Of a DNA stretch of 64,000 nt, positions 38,641 to 52,186 are shown piece after piece. How positions within the stretch are numbered: the stretch's first letter is position 1; every line of letters starts with the position of its first letter. The stretch is from Camelus dromedarius (taxonomy: Eukaryota). The notes under the pieces are model-generated. The model saw only the letters and a list, made by a program, of their open reading frames with translations. It was not told the origin of the DNA and ran no database searches. The stretch lies in contig NC_087436.1 in assembly GCF_036321535.1 (NCBI RefSeq), positions 33,854,001 to 33,918,000 of the forward strand, written 5' to 3'. Position numbers and translations under genes: made by a program.

Positions 38641-41281
38641 TTAATATAGATCTAATCTCAAAATCAATAATATAATAATATGTCATTGAAAATTTTTATT
38701 TAAAATCAGGTCAAACGTTTCAATAATTTTATGAAATACATTAAAAAAGCACCTATCATTTGTAAAGTGAGGGAAAACCTTTAAATTTATCTTTATGTAA
38801 GGAGGCTAGTATCAACATTGGTAAATACATTACTAATATAATTTGATAGTATAATAATATAAAATATTATATATTTTTCTTTTTCTTTGAATCACTTTTT
38901 TATCATATATGATGTCAAAATTACAAAATGACAAAGTCCCAAGATGAATTGTGAGCTTGTATGTTAAAGATGGCTCAGGATCTAAAATGTTTGGAAAATA
39001 TGACTTAAGTGCAAGGGCTGGAATATGCATAAATATGAATCTCTTGATATCATAGGAGTGCTAAATATTCTCTTTGCTCATGAATATTTGATTTTTCACA
39101 AGAATATACTGAATATTGAGTTAGTGAATTCTCGTTATCTCTGAGGTTGGCTTAATTAGATGCATGGTTAGCAGATATTTTAGGTTTGTAATTCTTGCCA
39201 GAGAAATCACCAATAAACAATTTTACTTATTTTTTAAAATGAAAGGCTATTTTCTTAATTTTAATTGATTTTCTTATCCCAAGTTTTGCTCATTTCTATT
39301 TTATTCTCCATACAGTCTCCTTATTGATCTATCAAAAATATAAATGTATTATTGAAAATGTGAACATATAAATTCCATGCTTAAAATGCTTCAAAGACTC
39401 CTACTGTCTGGTCAGTGCTTTTCAAATACGTATCAAATGAACTGGACATTGAACATATATCTCAAGGAGTGGGCATCTTTTTATTGAGGTATATTGTACA
39501 TCTATAAAATGAACAAAGCTTAAGTGCACAATTCAATACCTTTTGAAAAATTCTTTCACTTGGTAACTCAGACTTCCATCAATATACAGAATATTTTCAT
39601 CATTTGAGAAAGAGCTCTTATGCTTCTCAAACTCCATACCTCTCCCTACTCCAGATGTCAGAAACAATCACTGTTGTGATTCGTTGCCTCATAAGTTTCT
39701 TTGACTATTACAGAATTTCAAATCTAAGTAAAGAGTACCTGGCTTCTTTTAATTAGCTGAATAGTGTAATATTCCTGAGGTTTATCAATTTTGTGCAAAT
39801 TAGAAGCTTGTTGCTTTTTGGTATGTTAATCTGCTGAGAGCTATTCCACTATACGGATATACAATTCTCGTAACCACTCTCTAGTTGATGGGCATTTGGA
39901 TGTTTCCTGTTTTGAGCGACTCTGACATCCTTGTTATGTTATGGACAGCGTCGTCCACCTTTTTGTATACATGTTTTCATTTCTCTTATTTAAATAACAG
40001 TATAGAATGGCTGGGTCATATTTAAAAAAAAAAAGAAAGTTTAAGAAAAATTGAGAAGCTAATTTCCAAAATGACTTTAATCATTCTAACCTCCCATCGT
40101 GAATGTCTTCATCAGTGCCAACATCGTGTGTTAAGTTGGCAGTCTTTTTGAAATCGAATACTTATGTACTAGTACTTCACTGAGATGTTATTTTGCATTT
40201 CTCTGATGACTAATAATGCTGACCTTGTTCATGTACTTACTGGGCATTTGCATATCTAATTTTGTGAATTGTTTTTCATATCCTTCAACTAAATTTTAAT
40301 TTGGTTGTGTTTTAATTACTGAACTGTAGCAGTTATGTACTCTGGATACAAGTTCTTTGTCAAATGAATTGTAGATATTTTCACATTTTCTCCAAGTCTA
40401 GTTTGTTTCGTCAGTCTTCTATTAAAAAAATTTTCTCTTAAGGATAAAAAGATATTTTCTTGTTTTCTTATAGAAGTTTGTATTTTTAGTCTATGATTCA
40501 CCTCAAAGTAATTTTTACATATTGTATGAGGTATACTACATTCTCTTTTTCACTATAATGAGAAAAAAAAATGTTCCAGCATCATATATTTTGAAAAGAC
40601 TTTAGCTTTTTTATTGAGTCATTTTGAAAATAAATTGACCACGTAAATGTGAACCAACTTCTGCATCCCATTCTGTTCCATTAATCTAGTTTTATATCTT
40701 CATATTAATACCATATCAACCACCTTGGTAAATGTAGATGTGTGCAAATTTTGATTTCCAATAGTGTAACTCCTCCACCATTGTTTTTCAACATTGGCTT
40801 GTCTATTCTAAGTCCCTTAAATTTCTGCATACATTTTGTAATCAGTTGGTTAATTTCTACAAACAATATGCTAGAATTTTTGTTAGTAATGCATTGAATC
40901 TATAGATCAACTTGGATGAACTGGCAGCAAAAAAATATTAAACACTCCTTTTCATTACCCTGGTATAGATCCCTACTTAAATTTTTTTAGGTTTCCCTGA
41001 ATGAGATTTTGTTTAGTTGCATGCTACAAATTATAGTATGATGTATTTTTAATATAATTAAAAAATTTTTTTACTTTCAAATTTTTCTTTTGTTCTATTG
41101 GTTATGTGCAAATAGGATGCTTAGTTGGCAAATGCATGCGGATTTTCCAGCTACCTCTTTGCTATTGATTTCTAATTTGTAATTTTCTTTGCATAATCCT
41201 TATGCATACTTTGTTAAATTTATACCTAACTATATCATATTTTTTAAAAATAATTCTGTAACTGATATCATACCTGCAGTT

Positions 41282-41307
41282 CACACACACACACACACAC
41301 ACACACA
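41282..41307. repeat. (CA)n microsatellite
   Basis: Direct. Confidence 0.95.
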
Positions 41308-41899
41308 AGTTAACCTGCTATTCTATCACTTTGCTAAATTCTTTCATTAGCTCTTGTAGTATTTTTTCTTGTTGCATTGTTTTGTTTTTTGTTCCTTACT
41401 ATGTTCTACATACATGATTAGGCCCTTTGTGAATATAAATAACTATTTCTTCCTAGTGAATTGATACAACCTTTTTTTCCCCTTTCCCTTGACATACTGC
41501 ACTGGCTCAGACCTCTGGTCTGAATGGGAATGATGAACAGACATGTATAGCCTTGTTTGCAGTTGTAAAGGGAAAGTTTTCAGTTTCTAACATATATTGT
41601 GATGCTACCTAGTTTTATTTTGTGGTTTTTTTTTGGAGAAAAAAATTTATTCTATTGCTAGAATGCTGGGAGCATGTATTTTGAGTGTGTGTTAGATTTG
41701 ACTGACACTTTCTAAATTTGTTGATACAATAATGATTTTGTTTCCCCTTTAATGAATATGATTAATTACATTGTTGGATTTTGAATTTAAAAAGTGTGGC
41801 ACTCCTGGGATAAACAAAATTTGGTCAGTATGTATTAAACATTTCTGGAGCTTGCTGAGTAAGTTTTGCTAATATTTATTTAGGATATATAGCATCTAT

Positions 41900-42080
41900 A
41901 CAGAGGTTAGTCTGATAAAATTTTATTGGAACTTAACCATGTAAATTCATTTACATATACTCTATGATCAATTTTACACTGTTATGGAAGAGTTGAGCAG
42001 TTTCAACAAGACAATATGACCCTCAAAAGTAAAAAATATTTAATCGCTGAGCTTTTAAAGAAAAAAAACCCCACACCAAT
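41900..42080. mobile_element. MER58A-like hAT element
   Basis: taaaattttattggaac..ttcatttacatat..gagttgagcagtttcaacaagac..aaaatatttaatc. Confidence 0.7.
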
Positions 42081-42648
42081 ATTAGTGAATGATATTAGTG
42101 TGTAGTTTCTTTTCTTTTTTTTTTTTGTAATGTCTTCAGAATTACTAGCCTTACAAAGGTGAGAAGTGTTTATTGCTCCTTTATAAAAGAGTTTTTGTAA
42201 ATTTTTTGTTTTTTACAGTTTTTTTGGCATAGAACTTTGATAAGCCTTCTGGCCTGGCGTTTTCTTAGTTGGAAAGCTTATAATTAAAACGTAATTACCT
42301 TAATACATAAGATTATTATTTTTTACATTTACCTTGTAAAATTTTCAGTAATTTATTCTCAAAGAATTTGTCTGTATCTTTGAAGTGAATTAATAATTTT
42401 ATCAAAATATTCTTTTATTCTCCTTCTGAATAATTTATAGTGATGTTTTTAATTTAATTCCTAAATTATTCACTTGTATTTTCTCTATTTTTTCTTGATT
42501 AGTCTAGTTAGTGGTTTACCAATATTATTAATTATTTTAGAGAATCAAATTTTATTTTCATTAATTATTTCTGTTTTGTCCATTTTCTGTTTAACTGATT
42601 TAATTCTATTTACTATTGCTTTTCTTTCCTTATTTCAAATTTAATTTA

Positions 42649-44057
42649 CTGTTCTGTTTTATTGAAGTATAGTTGATGTACAATGCTGTGTTAGCTTCTC
42701 GTGTACAGCAAAGTGATTCAGTTTTATGTATGCATATATATCATTTTTCATATTATTTTCCATTATGGTTCATTACTGGATATTGAATATACTTCCCTGT
42801 GCTATACAGTAGGATCTTTTTTTAAAAAAATATATTTTATATATAGTAGTTTATATTTGCTAATCCTAAACTCCTAATTTATCCCTCTCTCACCTCTTTT
42901 CCCCTTTGGTAGCCATAAGTTTGTTTTCTACGTCTGTGAGTCAGTTTTTATTTTGTAAAGAAGTTCGTTTGTGTCATATTTTAGATTCAACATATAAGTT
43001 ATATCATACAGTATTTGTCTTTCTCTTTTTGACTTACTTCACTTAGCATGATAATCTCTACATTCAACCATGTTGCTGCAAATGACACTATTTCATTCCT
43101 TTTTTATAGCTGAGTAGTATTCCTGTTTATATATATATACAACATCTCCTTTATTTATTCGTTAATGGACATCTGAGTTGCTTCCATGTCTTGGCTGTGG
43201 TAAATAGTGCTGCTATGAAAATTGGGGCACATGCATCTTTTTGAATTACTGTTTCCTAAAGATACATGCCCAGGAGTGGGATTGCTGGATCATATGGCAA
43301 CTCTATTTTTAGTTTTTATCATTTTCCATAGCGGCTGTACCAATTTACATTTCCATCAAGAGTGTAGGAGGGTTCCTTACTCCGTACCCTCTCCAGCATT
43401 TGTTATTTGTAGACTGTTTAATTATGGCCACTTTGACCAATGTGAAGTGGTACCTCATTATAGTGTTGATTTGCATTTCTCTAATAATTAGTGATGTTGA
43501 GCATCTTTTCATGTGCCTGTTGGCCATTTGTATGTCTTCTTTGAAGAAATGTCTACTTAGGTCTTCTGCCCATTTTTTGAGTAGATTATTTTTTTGTTAT
43601 TGAGTTGTATGAGCTGTTTGTATATTTTGTAAGCCCTTGTCAGCTTCACTGTTGTCTTTTCATTTTGTTTATGGTTTCCTTCATTGTGCAAAAGCTTATA
43701 AGTTTAACTAGGTCCCATTAGTTTATTTTTGCTTTTATTTCTATTGCCCTGGGACAGTGACCTAAGAAAACATTGCTAAGATTTGTGTCAGAGAATGTTT
43801 TGCCTATGTTTTCTCCTCGGAATTTTATGGTGTCATGTCTTATAATTAAGTCTTCAAGCCATTTTGAGTTTATTTTTGTGTATGGTATGAGGGTGTGTTC
43901 TAACTTCATTGATTTACATGTGGTTGTCCAGCTTTCTCAACACCACTTGCTGAAGAGACTGTCTTTTCTCCATTGTATACTCTTGCCTCCTTTGTTGAAG
44001 ATTAATTGACTGTATGTGTGTTGCTTTATATCTGGGTTCTCTAGTCTGTTCTTTTTA
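42649..44057 (-). mobile_element. Artiodactyl-type L1 3' 1.4 kb inserted in the older L1
   Basis: ttttattgaagtatagttgatgtacaatg. ORF2 fragments [19 protein letters not shown] and MKLEHTLIPYTKINSKW. TSD-like ctgttct at both ends. Confidence 0.92.
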
Positions 44058-44816
44058 CAGCTTCTTAAGGTGGACATTTAGATCATTAGATTTAAAATTT
44101 TTGTCTTTTCTATAAGCATTTATAAGTTAGCTTCTAAGCCATAATTTAGCTACATCCCACAAATGTTGATATATTATCATTTATTTTTAAATGTTTTATA
44201 ATTTCCCTTAATATAATTTCTTCTTTAAGTCATAGATCATTTATAAATATGTTACTTAATTTCCAAATATTTGAGGATTTTATAATGATTTTTTGTTACT
44301 GATTTCTAATACAATACCATTGTTTTGATTTCTAGTAATACCACTGTTTCTAATATAATGCCATTATTCTAGCACATGGCCTATTCTAGTTAGTTGTCTG
44401 TGTGTAGTCGAAAAACATGTAGTCTATTGTGGTTGGGTGCAGTTTTTTATAAATGTGTGTTAGTTCTAGTTGGTTGATAGTATCTCTCAAGTCTTTTAAT
44501 ACCCTTACTGATTTGCTATATACTTATTCTATAAATGACTGAGAAGGGAACTTGTTGACCTTTACAACTATAATCTCAGTTGGCTTCTTTATCACTTCAG
44601 TTTTTATATTTTGCCAATATTCGAAGCTTTGTTACCACATACACATATTTTCAGAATTGTTATGTCTTTGTGATTAATTCAACTTTTATCAGTGTGAAAT
44701 GTCTGTTTTATTTCTGGTAATCTTTCTTGTTCTGGAACTGATTTTATTACTAATATAGACACTCCATTTTTTTATGATTGGTGTTTCTTTGGTACACTAT
44801 TTTTTATTCTCCTTTG

Positions 44817-44892
44817 AATCTGTATGTGTCTTTACAATCAATTTGTCTACTATAAATCTGTATGTGTCTTTACAATCAATTTGTCTACTATA
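44817..44892. repeat. Perfect 38-bp tandem duplication
   Basis: aatctgtatgtgtctttacaatcaatttgtctactata x2. Confidence 0.97.
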
Positions 44893-47876
44893 AATACCAT
44901 CATAAATACTGGACACAGTGCAGGTTTGCTGGCATTAAATTCTCACAGTTTTTCTTTATTTAGAAAAGTCTTTATTTCCTCTGCATTTGCCTAGCATATT
45001 TATGTTGGATAGGCAATTATAGGTTAAAGTTTTTGAAAGAAAAATTTTGTATTAAAAAGTATTTTTACGTTGTTCTTCTAATTGCAATATGTCTTTTTTT
45101 TTTTCTCCCCTTAGTTCTTTTAAAGTTTTTCTCTTTATTTATTTTCAGTTTTGGCAATTTGATTATAATGTACCTTGATGTCCATTCTGTTATGTATATT
45201 CTGCTTAATGTTGATTAAGCTTAAAGCTACTGATTTATGTTTACATTGAAATTTGAAATATTTGGCAATTAATCTTTTTTGCTTGAAATTTTCTCTCTTC
45301 TTCTTACTGTATGCCAATTACATGCATATGAGACTATTAGATATTTTCCCAGAGCTCCCTGAAACTGTTTTTTTTTTCTGTATTTCAGTTTAAAGCAGTT
45401 AGAAGCATTCAGTTTTCCTTTATTCATGTTCAAATATTTTATTTAATTGGTTCTAATTTGTTTATGAACCCATCTTTTTGGAAATTTCACTTTGGATATT
45501 TAATTTGTCTATTTTACATGTGCATTTGGTTTATTTTTACAGTATTTATTTCTCCAGGGAGATTTTATATTTGTTCTTTCATTATCTTTATGCTCTTTTC
45601 TTAAATATTTGAACATTTTAATAGACCTTTTAAAATTATTTCCTAATTCCATTATCTCTGACAGTTCTGTGTCTATTTTAATAGTTATTTTTCATCTTAT
45701 TATGAGACATTTTTTGCTTCTTCACATATCTAGAAGTATTTTACGGCATTTTGGACATGATAAGTGCTATGTTAGTGTTTATCTAAATTTTATTGTTTCC
45801 CTTAATATAGTTTTGAGGTTTTTCATGGCGTTAATTTATTTGCACACTAGCTTGACCCATTCAGTGGTTGTTTTTAAGTGTAACTAGGGTAAGACTAAAG
45901 TAGCCTTTATTCAAGAGTTAGAGTAGACCTACTCCAGATTCACAACTTCTGAAGTCTATTCAATGTCCAGCTATTCAATGAGGACTCTTCACTCTTGCTT
46001 CTTGGAATCTGAACATTGTTCACTTTCGTCTGTTCATTTCCTTTGTGTGTGTGTGTGTGTGTGTACTTTTCCCCCCCAGCTCACAGCTCCTGGTAACTGT
46101 TCTTTCTCTAACTTTATGGACTCTTTCTCATAGCTTCTGCAGCTAAGTATTTGCCAATAATTCAAGAAAAGGCCATTAGGATTTTCTTTTTCTGTATAGG
46201 CCTCTATTCTCCTACCCAGCACATTTCCGTCACCCCAACAGCCTTGAACTCAAGTCTTCTCAGCTCAGTGAGAGTTCTGTAATTTAGTCTTCTTTTCACT
46301 CTGCCACACAATCCAGATAATGTTGGCTGAAAGTCAGGGTATAGATTTGAGATTTGAAATTGACTCAAATCTCTTGTTTCCCTTCTACTTTGAATCATAG
46401 TCCTTCATTATCTAATGTTAAATGTCTGAAAATAATTATTTAGTATATTTTGTTCAGAATTATAGTCATTTATCATGGGGAATCTAGACTTGTTAGCTCA
46501 TCACTGACAGAAATAAAATATTCTCTGGGAGGTCTTTTAATTTATCCAATAGTGTGTTTTATAAATGCCAAATTTCTTTGGCATCTCCTATTTTACTATT
46601 TTTTAATTATGCCAAACATGCATTATGAAATACTATAAATTATTATTTAAAAATCAATATTTTATGTGCCTTTTGACAAGTTAATGTAGCTTCCTAAATT
46701 TCGTATAAATTAGAAGTTGTAAGAAGGTCATTTTTGCCTAACTTACAGTTTTTTTTGTAAGCACTAAAATTCAAGCTTATGCTCTTAGCCTCAATATTAA
46801 TCCCCCAAACCAAACTTTACACTCCAATGACACCATAGTGTACAATTAAGCCTATGCAAAGTATTATTTCTTTTTATGTGTCTTTCTCACTCTGTTCCCA
46901 CTGTATAGACCAAGACCATTTTCTTCATTCCCAGCAAAATCTGTGGCAATTTGAATAACTGTATTTGCTACATTGTATTATAACTCCTTGGCATAAGTTA
47001 GTGTTTGTATTTATATTTTTGTATTTTACTGTATTTATTTTTTGTATTATATTTTTTGCACCTCCACCTCTCAGTATAATGCCTGGATAATGTAGATCCT
47101 AAAAATATTTGTTGACTTTATTTTTACTTATGGAAAAATATTGTCTTTCAGATATAAGTGTACATCAATTTCTTGTGGAAAAATCTTTGTGAGAAGCTAA
47201 ACTGTGAAAAGAAGTTAACTTCATAAGCAAAGCAAATGAAAAAAAGAAGTTGTTTGGATAATCTGGCAACTGTCATTCATCTATAATTTCCAGAATTATC
47301 TAATTTCATTGAAGAAATATATATTTCAATTCAGTCAGACTTAGGGAGTTAGCTGGTAAGGGGATGTATTCCTAGAAATAGTGCTAGAAAACCAAGAGCT
47401 ATCATATGAATTTATTTTCACTCACTGAATATGAAAATTATTTTAGAGATCACTCAGTCTATAGCATTTATAGCATGAAGAAATTGATATCCAAATAATT
47501 ACCTAGGTTGCCTAGATTTTTTTAACAACTTCTACACCATCCAATGGGAAAACATATGTAAGTGAAGAAGCCAGTTCATATATAACATATGTTTATGACT
47601 CTTACTGTTCTATCAAGTGCATTACCAATAGACAGTGATGAAAACTTTTTACAGACTTCTAGATCATGTTAAAGAATCAAATAATAGAGCTAGAAGACAC
47701 CTTGAAAAGTAGAAGAAGAGTGAAGAAAAGAAGAAAGAGTCAATTATTTTAGGAGCAAACTAGGGAGGCAGAGCTAGTAAAAATAAAATGTATCATCCTT
47801 TATAGTGGAGAAAAAAATAGCTATATCAAAAATTAATACTTCAGCAATTCAAATACACGTATACCACATCGGTTTT

Positions 47877-49998
47877 AAAAGTAACTTCAGGAGCTCACTG
47901 AAAACTAACTGGAGACTGGCAGAAAGACTCATACAACCAAGGCTTTAAAAAAGATCCACACTGAATTGGGAAAGAAGGAAAGAGAGGCATTCAGTTCTGG
48001 ATTTGTGTTCAGAGAGGAGACTAAAGGGTAGAGGATTATACAAGTGGAAATACTCCCTGGGTATGAATGGTTCGAGCCACATATTGGGTGCCCCAGCCCT
48101 GGTGCCTAACCCCAGGAAGATAAATTCTCATAACTGTTTGAAAACCAGTGGGACTCACAGGAGAGCTGTAAGAAACCTAGGCTCCACTCATGAAAAGTGA
48201 GCACAAACTTGCTTAATCCTGAAACAAGGCAAAGGAAGCAGACTGAAACTGCATGTGGCTGGCAGTTTTCTGGGCTAACACAACCAGCATGGGACCCCAC
48301 CAAGGTGAGCGCCCGTTCTGCCCCACATGCTCAGCAGTCAGCTCCACACCAAGGCGAGGGCTGTAGCAGCCTAGGGGTGTTCTCACTTGCGAAGGACGGA
48401 ATAACTGGGAACAATATCCAAACAGGGTGGGGGCAGCCATTACTGTCACTTACCAGCTGTGCATTGGGTGCAGTCCTGGACTCTGACTGGGGCTGGGACC
48501 ACCACAGCCAGAGCCCTGACCCATGCCAAGTGTCCCCTCCAGCCCTTCTTGCACAAGCACTGTTCCCTTCAGGGGTGAAGGTGCCGGTGCTAGGACAGGG
48601 GAAACCACACATGAAGAGGGACCGGAGCTAGCTCAGACCTGAATCTCAGGGCTCCTGCCCCAGTAACTTGGGACCCAACCCTGCCTCCAACAGGGTGGTG
48701 TTGGCCACTGAGCTGAGGAGAAGCCTTGGCTCACACCTGGCCCTGGCTCTAGCCCCTCCAGCTCCAGCCTTGCCTCCTACCAAGGTGATAGTTGCTAGCA
48801 CACCCTGGGGAAGGATGTGAATCTGCTCACCTCAGATCCACCTCTCCCACCAAAGTCACTGGGCACACACGGACTGTGTCAGGACACACCCACACAAGGA
48901 CAGCCCTTCAAGACTGGGACAGGTAACTGTTTCAACTAAATTCATAGAGACAGAGAAAGTCAAGCAAAATGAGAAGACAGAGAACTTGTTTCAGTTCAAA
49001 AAACAAGAGAAAACCCCCGAAATAACAAATACTGACATTACCAGTAAGGCATTAATATCCAAAATATATAAGCAGTTTCTAGAACTCTATATCAAAAAAA
49101 CCAAACAACTCAATTATAAAATGGGCAGAAGACCAAAAGAAATTTTTCCAGTGAAGATATACAGATGCTCAACAGGCAAGTAAAAAGATACTCAAGATCT
49201 CTAATCATCAGAGAAATTCAGATCAAAATCACATCTGTTGGAATGGCTATCATCAAAATGTCTACAAAAAACAAATGTTGGTGAGGATGTGGACAAAAGG
49301 GAACCCTAGTATACTGTTGGTGGGAATGTAAATTGGTGCAGCCACTATGGAAAACAGCATGGAGGTTCCTCAAAACACCAAAAATAGAACTACCATATGA
49401 TCTAACAATTCTACTCCTAGGTATATATATGAAGAAAATGAAACACTAACTCAAAAAGATACATGCACCTCAATGTTCATAGCAGTATTATTTGCAATAG
49501 GCAAGATATGGAAGCAACAGATGACTGGATAAATAAGTGGTATATATACACAATTATATATATATAAATGAAGTGGTATATATATAATATATATGATATA
49601 CTTTTTATAATTAAATATTACTCAGCCATAAAAATAATGAAATTTTACCATTTGCAACAACTGGGATGAACTAGAGGGTATTATACTTAGTGAAATAAGT
49701 CATACAGAGAAAGATAAATACTGTATGTTATCATTTTTATGTAGATATAGTAAAAAAAAAACCAATGGTTAGTGGGGAGAGAGGGGGAAGGGGCAAGATA
49801 TGAGTAAGGGATTAAGAGATACAAACTATTATGTGAAAAATAAATAAGCTACAAGGATATATTGCACAGCACAGGGATAGCCATTATTTTATAATTTTAA
49901 ATGAGTATAATCTATAAAATATTGAATCACTGTGTTGTATATCTGAAACTAATATAATATTGTAATACACTATACTTCAATTAAAAAAAGTAACTTCA
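47877..49998 (+). mobile_element. Internally deleted L1: GC-rich 5'UTR + ORF1 start fused to ORF2 3' end + 3'UTR, with 13-bp TSD
   Basis: TSD aaaagtaacttca at 47877-47889 and 49986-49998 (TTTT/AAAA site). ORF1 ATG at 48969 (MRRQR..KKQEKTPE). ORF2 C-terminus from ~49035 (LISKIYKQ). Confidence 0.9.
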
Positions 49999-51639
49999 AA
50001 CACACTAGAAACTGATAATGTTATTTTCTAGAAAGAGAGACTAGGAGAGAAAGAGATTTTCATTTTGAGGCTTTCTTATCATTTGAACCATGTTTTTGTC
50101 ATGTATCTGTATTATTTCAATATTTTATAAAAGAAAAAAATATTTGAGACCCTTCATACAATTATGGATTTGTATTTTAAATTCTCAGTCAGCCAGAATG
50201 TAACTGAAGTGAATATGATAGGATTGTTGGATTTCTGTTTCTGATTCTTTATAGAGCGGACTAATTCATTTTTTACTGCTGTTCCTTCTGTTTGGTATAT
50301 TTGGTGTGACTGTTTCAAACAGCATCTATAATGGGACAAAATGCAGTCTGATTGATGATGTCATTTAATTATATAACTATTTCTATTTCATTAAAGCCAG
50401 ATGTTGCTGTCCTAATTTCTCCTGTGTCCAATTTAAATGTAGATGAGAATAAAGAGCAAATTAAGAAGATAGTAATTTACGTAATAAGGTAGAAATGAAA
50501 GAAAGGAAAAACAGCAGAATTAACTATCATCAATCACCTTTGAATAAAGCCACTTCTTATCATTTAGAAATGTGGATATCATGCACCTCATAGAGATTTT
50601 TTACTACTATATGTTACATTGGGAAATAAACCTAGTTTCAGAAAGAATACTATTATAAGTATTTACTTCCAAACTGAGGACTAGTGTAATATGACTCACA
50701 TACAAATAACTTAAGCCAGATTAATGTGTCTACTAATGTGTATTTCAGCATATATATATATATGTATATAGTCTATTTTATTTGTACAACTTTTCTAACA
50801 GACATCAAATAACGCTCAGTGGATATCATAAGGGAAAGGGACTAAAGATGAAACAATTAGAACCTATCAGAGGCAGTTGATTTTAGCAGTTCACTGCTTC
50901 TTTTACACAAATTTACAAATGTCACAACTTATTAAATTGTAACATTAAAAACAACATCAGTAATTATCTGCGCTGACAGAAAAAAAATCCATTCTGAAAA
51001 ACTAGAGAAGCAAGAATGTGTTTTTTCAAATCCTAAAGCCATTTTAGAAAATTGTTTTGTTTCGTTAATTCCTTGAGGAAGGAAAAAAGAATGTTTAAAT
51101 ATTTGTGCATAAATTACTGGAAAAAGACTAAATATGGAGACACTAAGAAATAAAAAATAGTGTCACACATACATATTACAATTGTTACCATGGTCACTCA
51201 CAAAAGATAATACAGATTAAAATCATGTCACACACAATGAACCAAACTATTGTGCAGGATAGATTAAGTTTCTTAAGAATGGTTAAGCTTCTTTGATGAG
51301 TGAATCCTTGTCAATACCACAGAAAATACCTGCACAGGCCAAAGCAGAAATAGAATAATTTTTTAAATTGTTTAATTGTATCACTTATAAGCAGTTTAAT
51401 ATTTATTTTGTTTTTTTCTCTATCATAATAATTTATTTTCTAGTTGATACAAGAATCATAAGACCCTTATAAGCTAAATTTAGTTTTCTCAAACTTTAAT
51501 GAACTTTAATTTGATATTAATCCAAGGACTTGAGGGCTAAGCAAATATCCATATTACAGTTAAATTTTGAAATTATTCAAAAGTATATTTTAACAAAACC
51601 TGAGACATTTAAAAATAAAACAAAACAAAAAACCTGGTG

Positions 51640-51940
51640 AAATTTACACATCAATAAGAAAGAAAAACAGATACAGAGAACAAACTAGTGGTCACCAGTG
51701 GTGAGAGGGAAGAGGGAGAGGCAAGATGGGGCAGGGGGGAGGTAGGGCATCAAAGGCACAAACTACTATGTATAAAATAAACAAGCTACAAGGATATATT
51801 GCACAGCACAGGGAATAGAGCCAATATTCTGTAATCACTTTAGAGTATAATCTGTAAGAATATTGAATCATTATGTTAAAACTAATACAATATTATAAAT
51901 CAACTATACTTCAATTAAAAAAAAGAAATAAATAAAAACA
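51640..51940 (+). mobile_element. L1 3'UTR fragment with A tail
   Basis: acagagaacaaactagtggtcaccagtgg..caaggatatattgcacagcacaggga..caactatacttcaattaaaaaaa; same 3' end type as 49750-49985. Confidence 0.9.
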
Positions 51941-52180
51941 GTACAGGTATAGCTGGGGGGAAAAAAAACGAGAGAAGGAACAGCCAACACGCTAAGTCTT
52001 CAGGGCTTTCTCAGGACACTGATGATCCATCAGAAGTCTCAGAGAGTTTATACGTAACTCTAAAAATCAAGCAATTTGCTTTCTTCCATTTTCCTACAGT
52101 AGCACTTATGTTATTAATCAAATATAACTTGCTATAAATGTATATACATTTGTCTTTGTTTTCTTCTGCTGTGCTTCATG

Positions 52181-52186
52181 TTTATT
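52181..52186 (-). terminator. Polyadenylation signal AATAAA of the retrocopied mRNA
   Basis: tttatt on the + strand, ~15 nt before the degraded poly(A) tract and the left TSD. Confidence 0.75.

Larger units (their letters stand above)
39476..46510 (-). mobile_element. Long, heavily decayed old L1 (L1ME/L1MC-like), running from the 3' end towards 5' sequence, with nested insertions
   Basis: tttttattgaggtatattgtaca 3' end. T-rich antisense ORF2 remnants (gcattgaatctatagatcaa, tcctgggataaac) continue to ~46500. Confidence 0.75.

Noticed and set aside
48003..48631. Cluster of ORFs up to 144 aa
   Set aside because: They lie in the GC-rich L1 5'UTR inside the TSD-bounded element
50000..52140. AT-rich region as an extended 3'UTR of the retrocopy (minus-strand AATAAA at ~50782-50777)
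   Set aside because: The TSD, A-remnant and AATAAA at 52145-52186 already close the insertion, and I found no TSD further left
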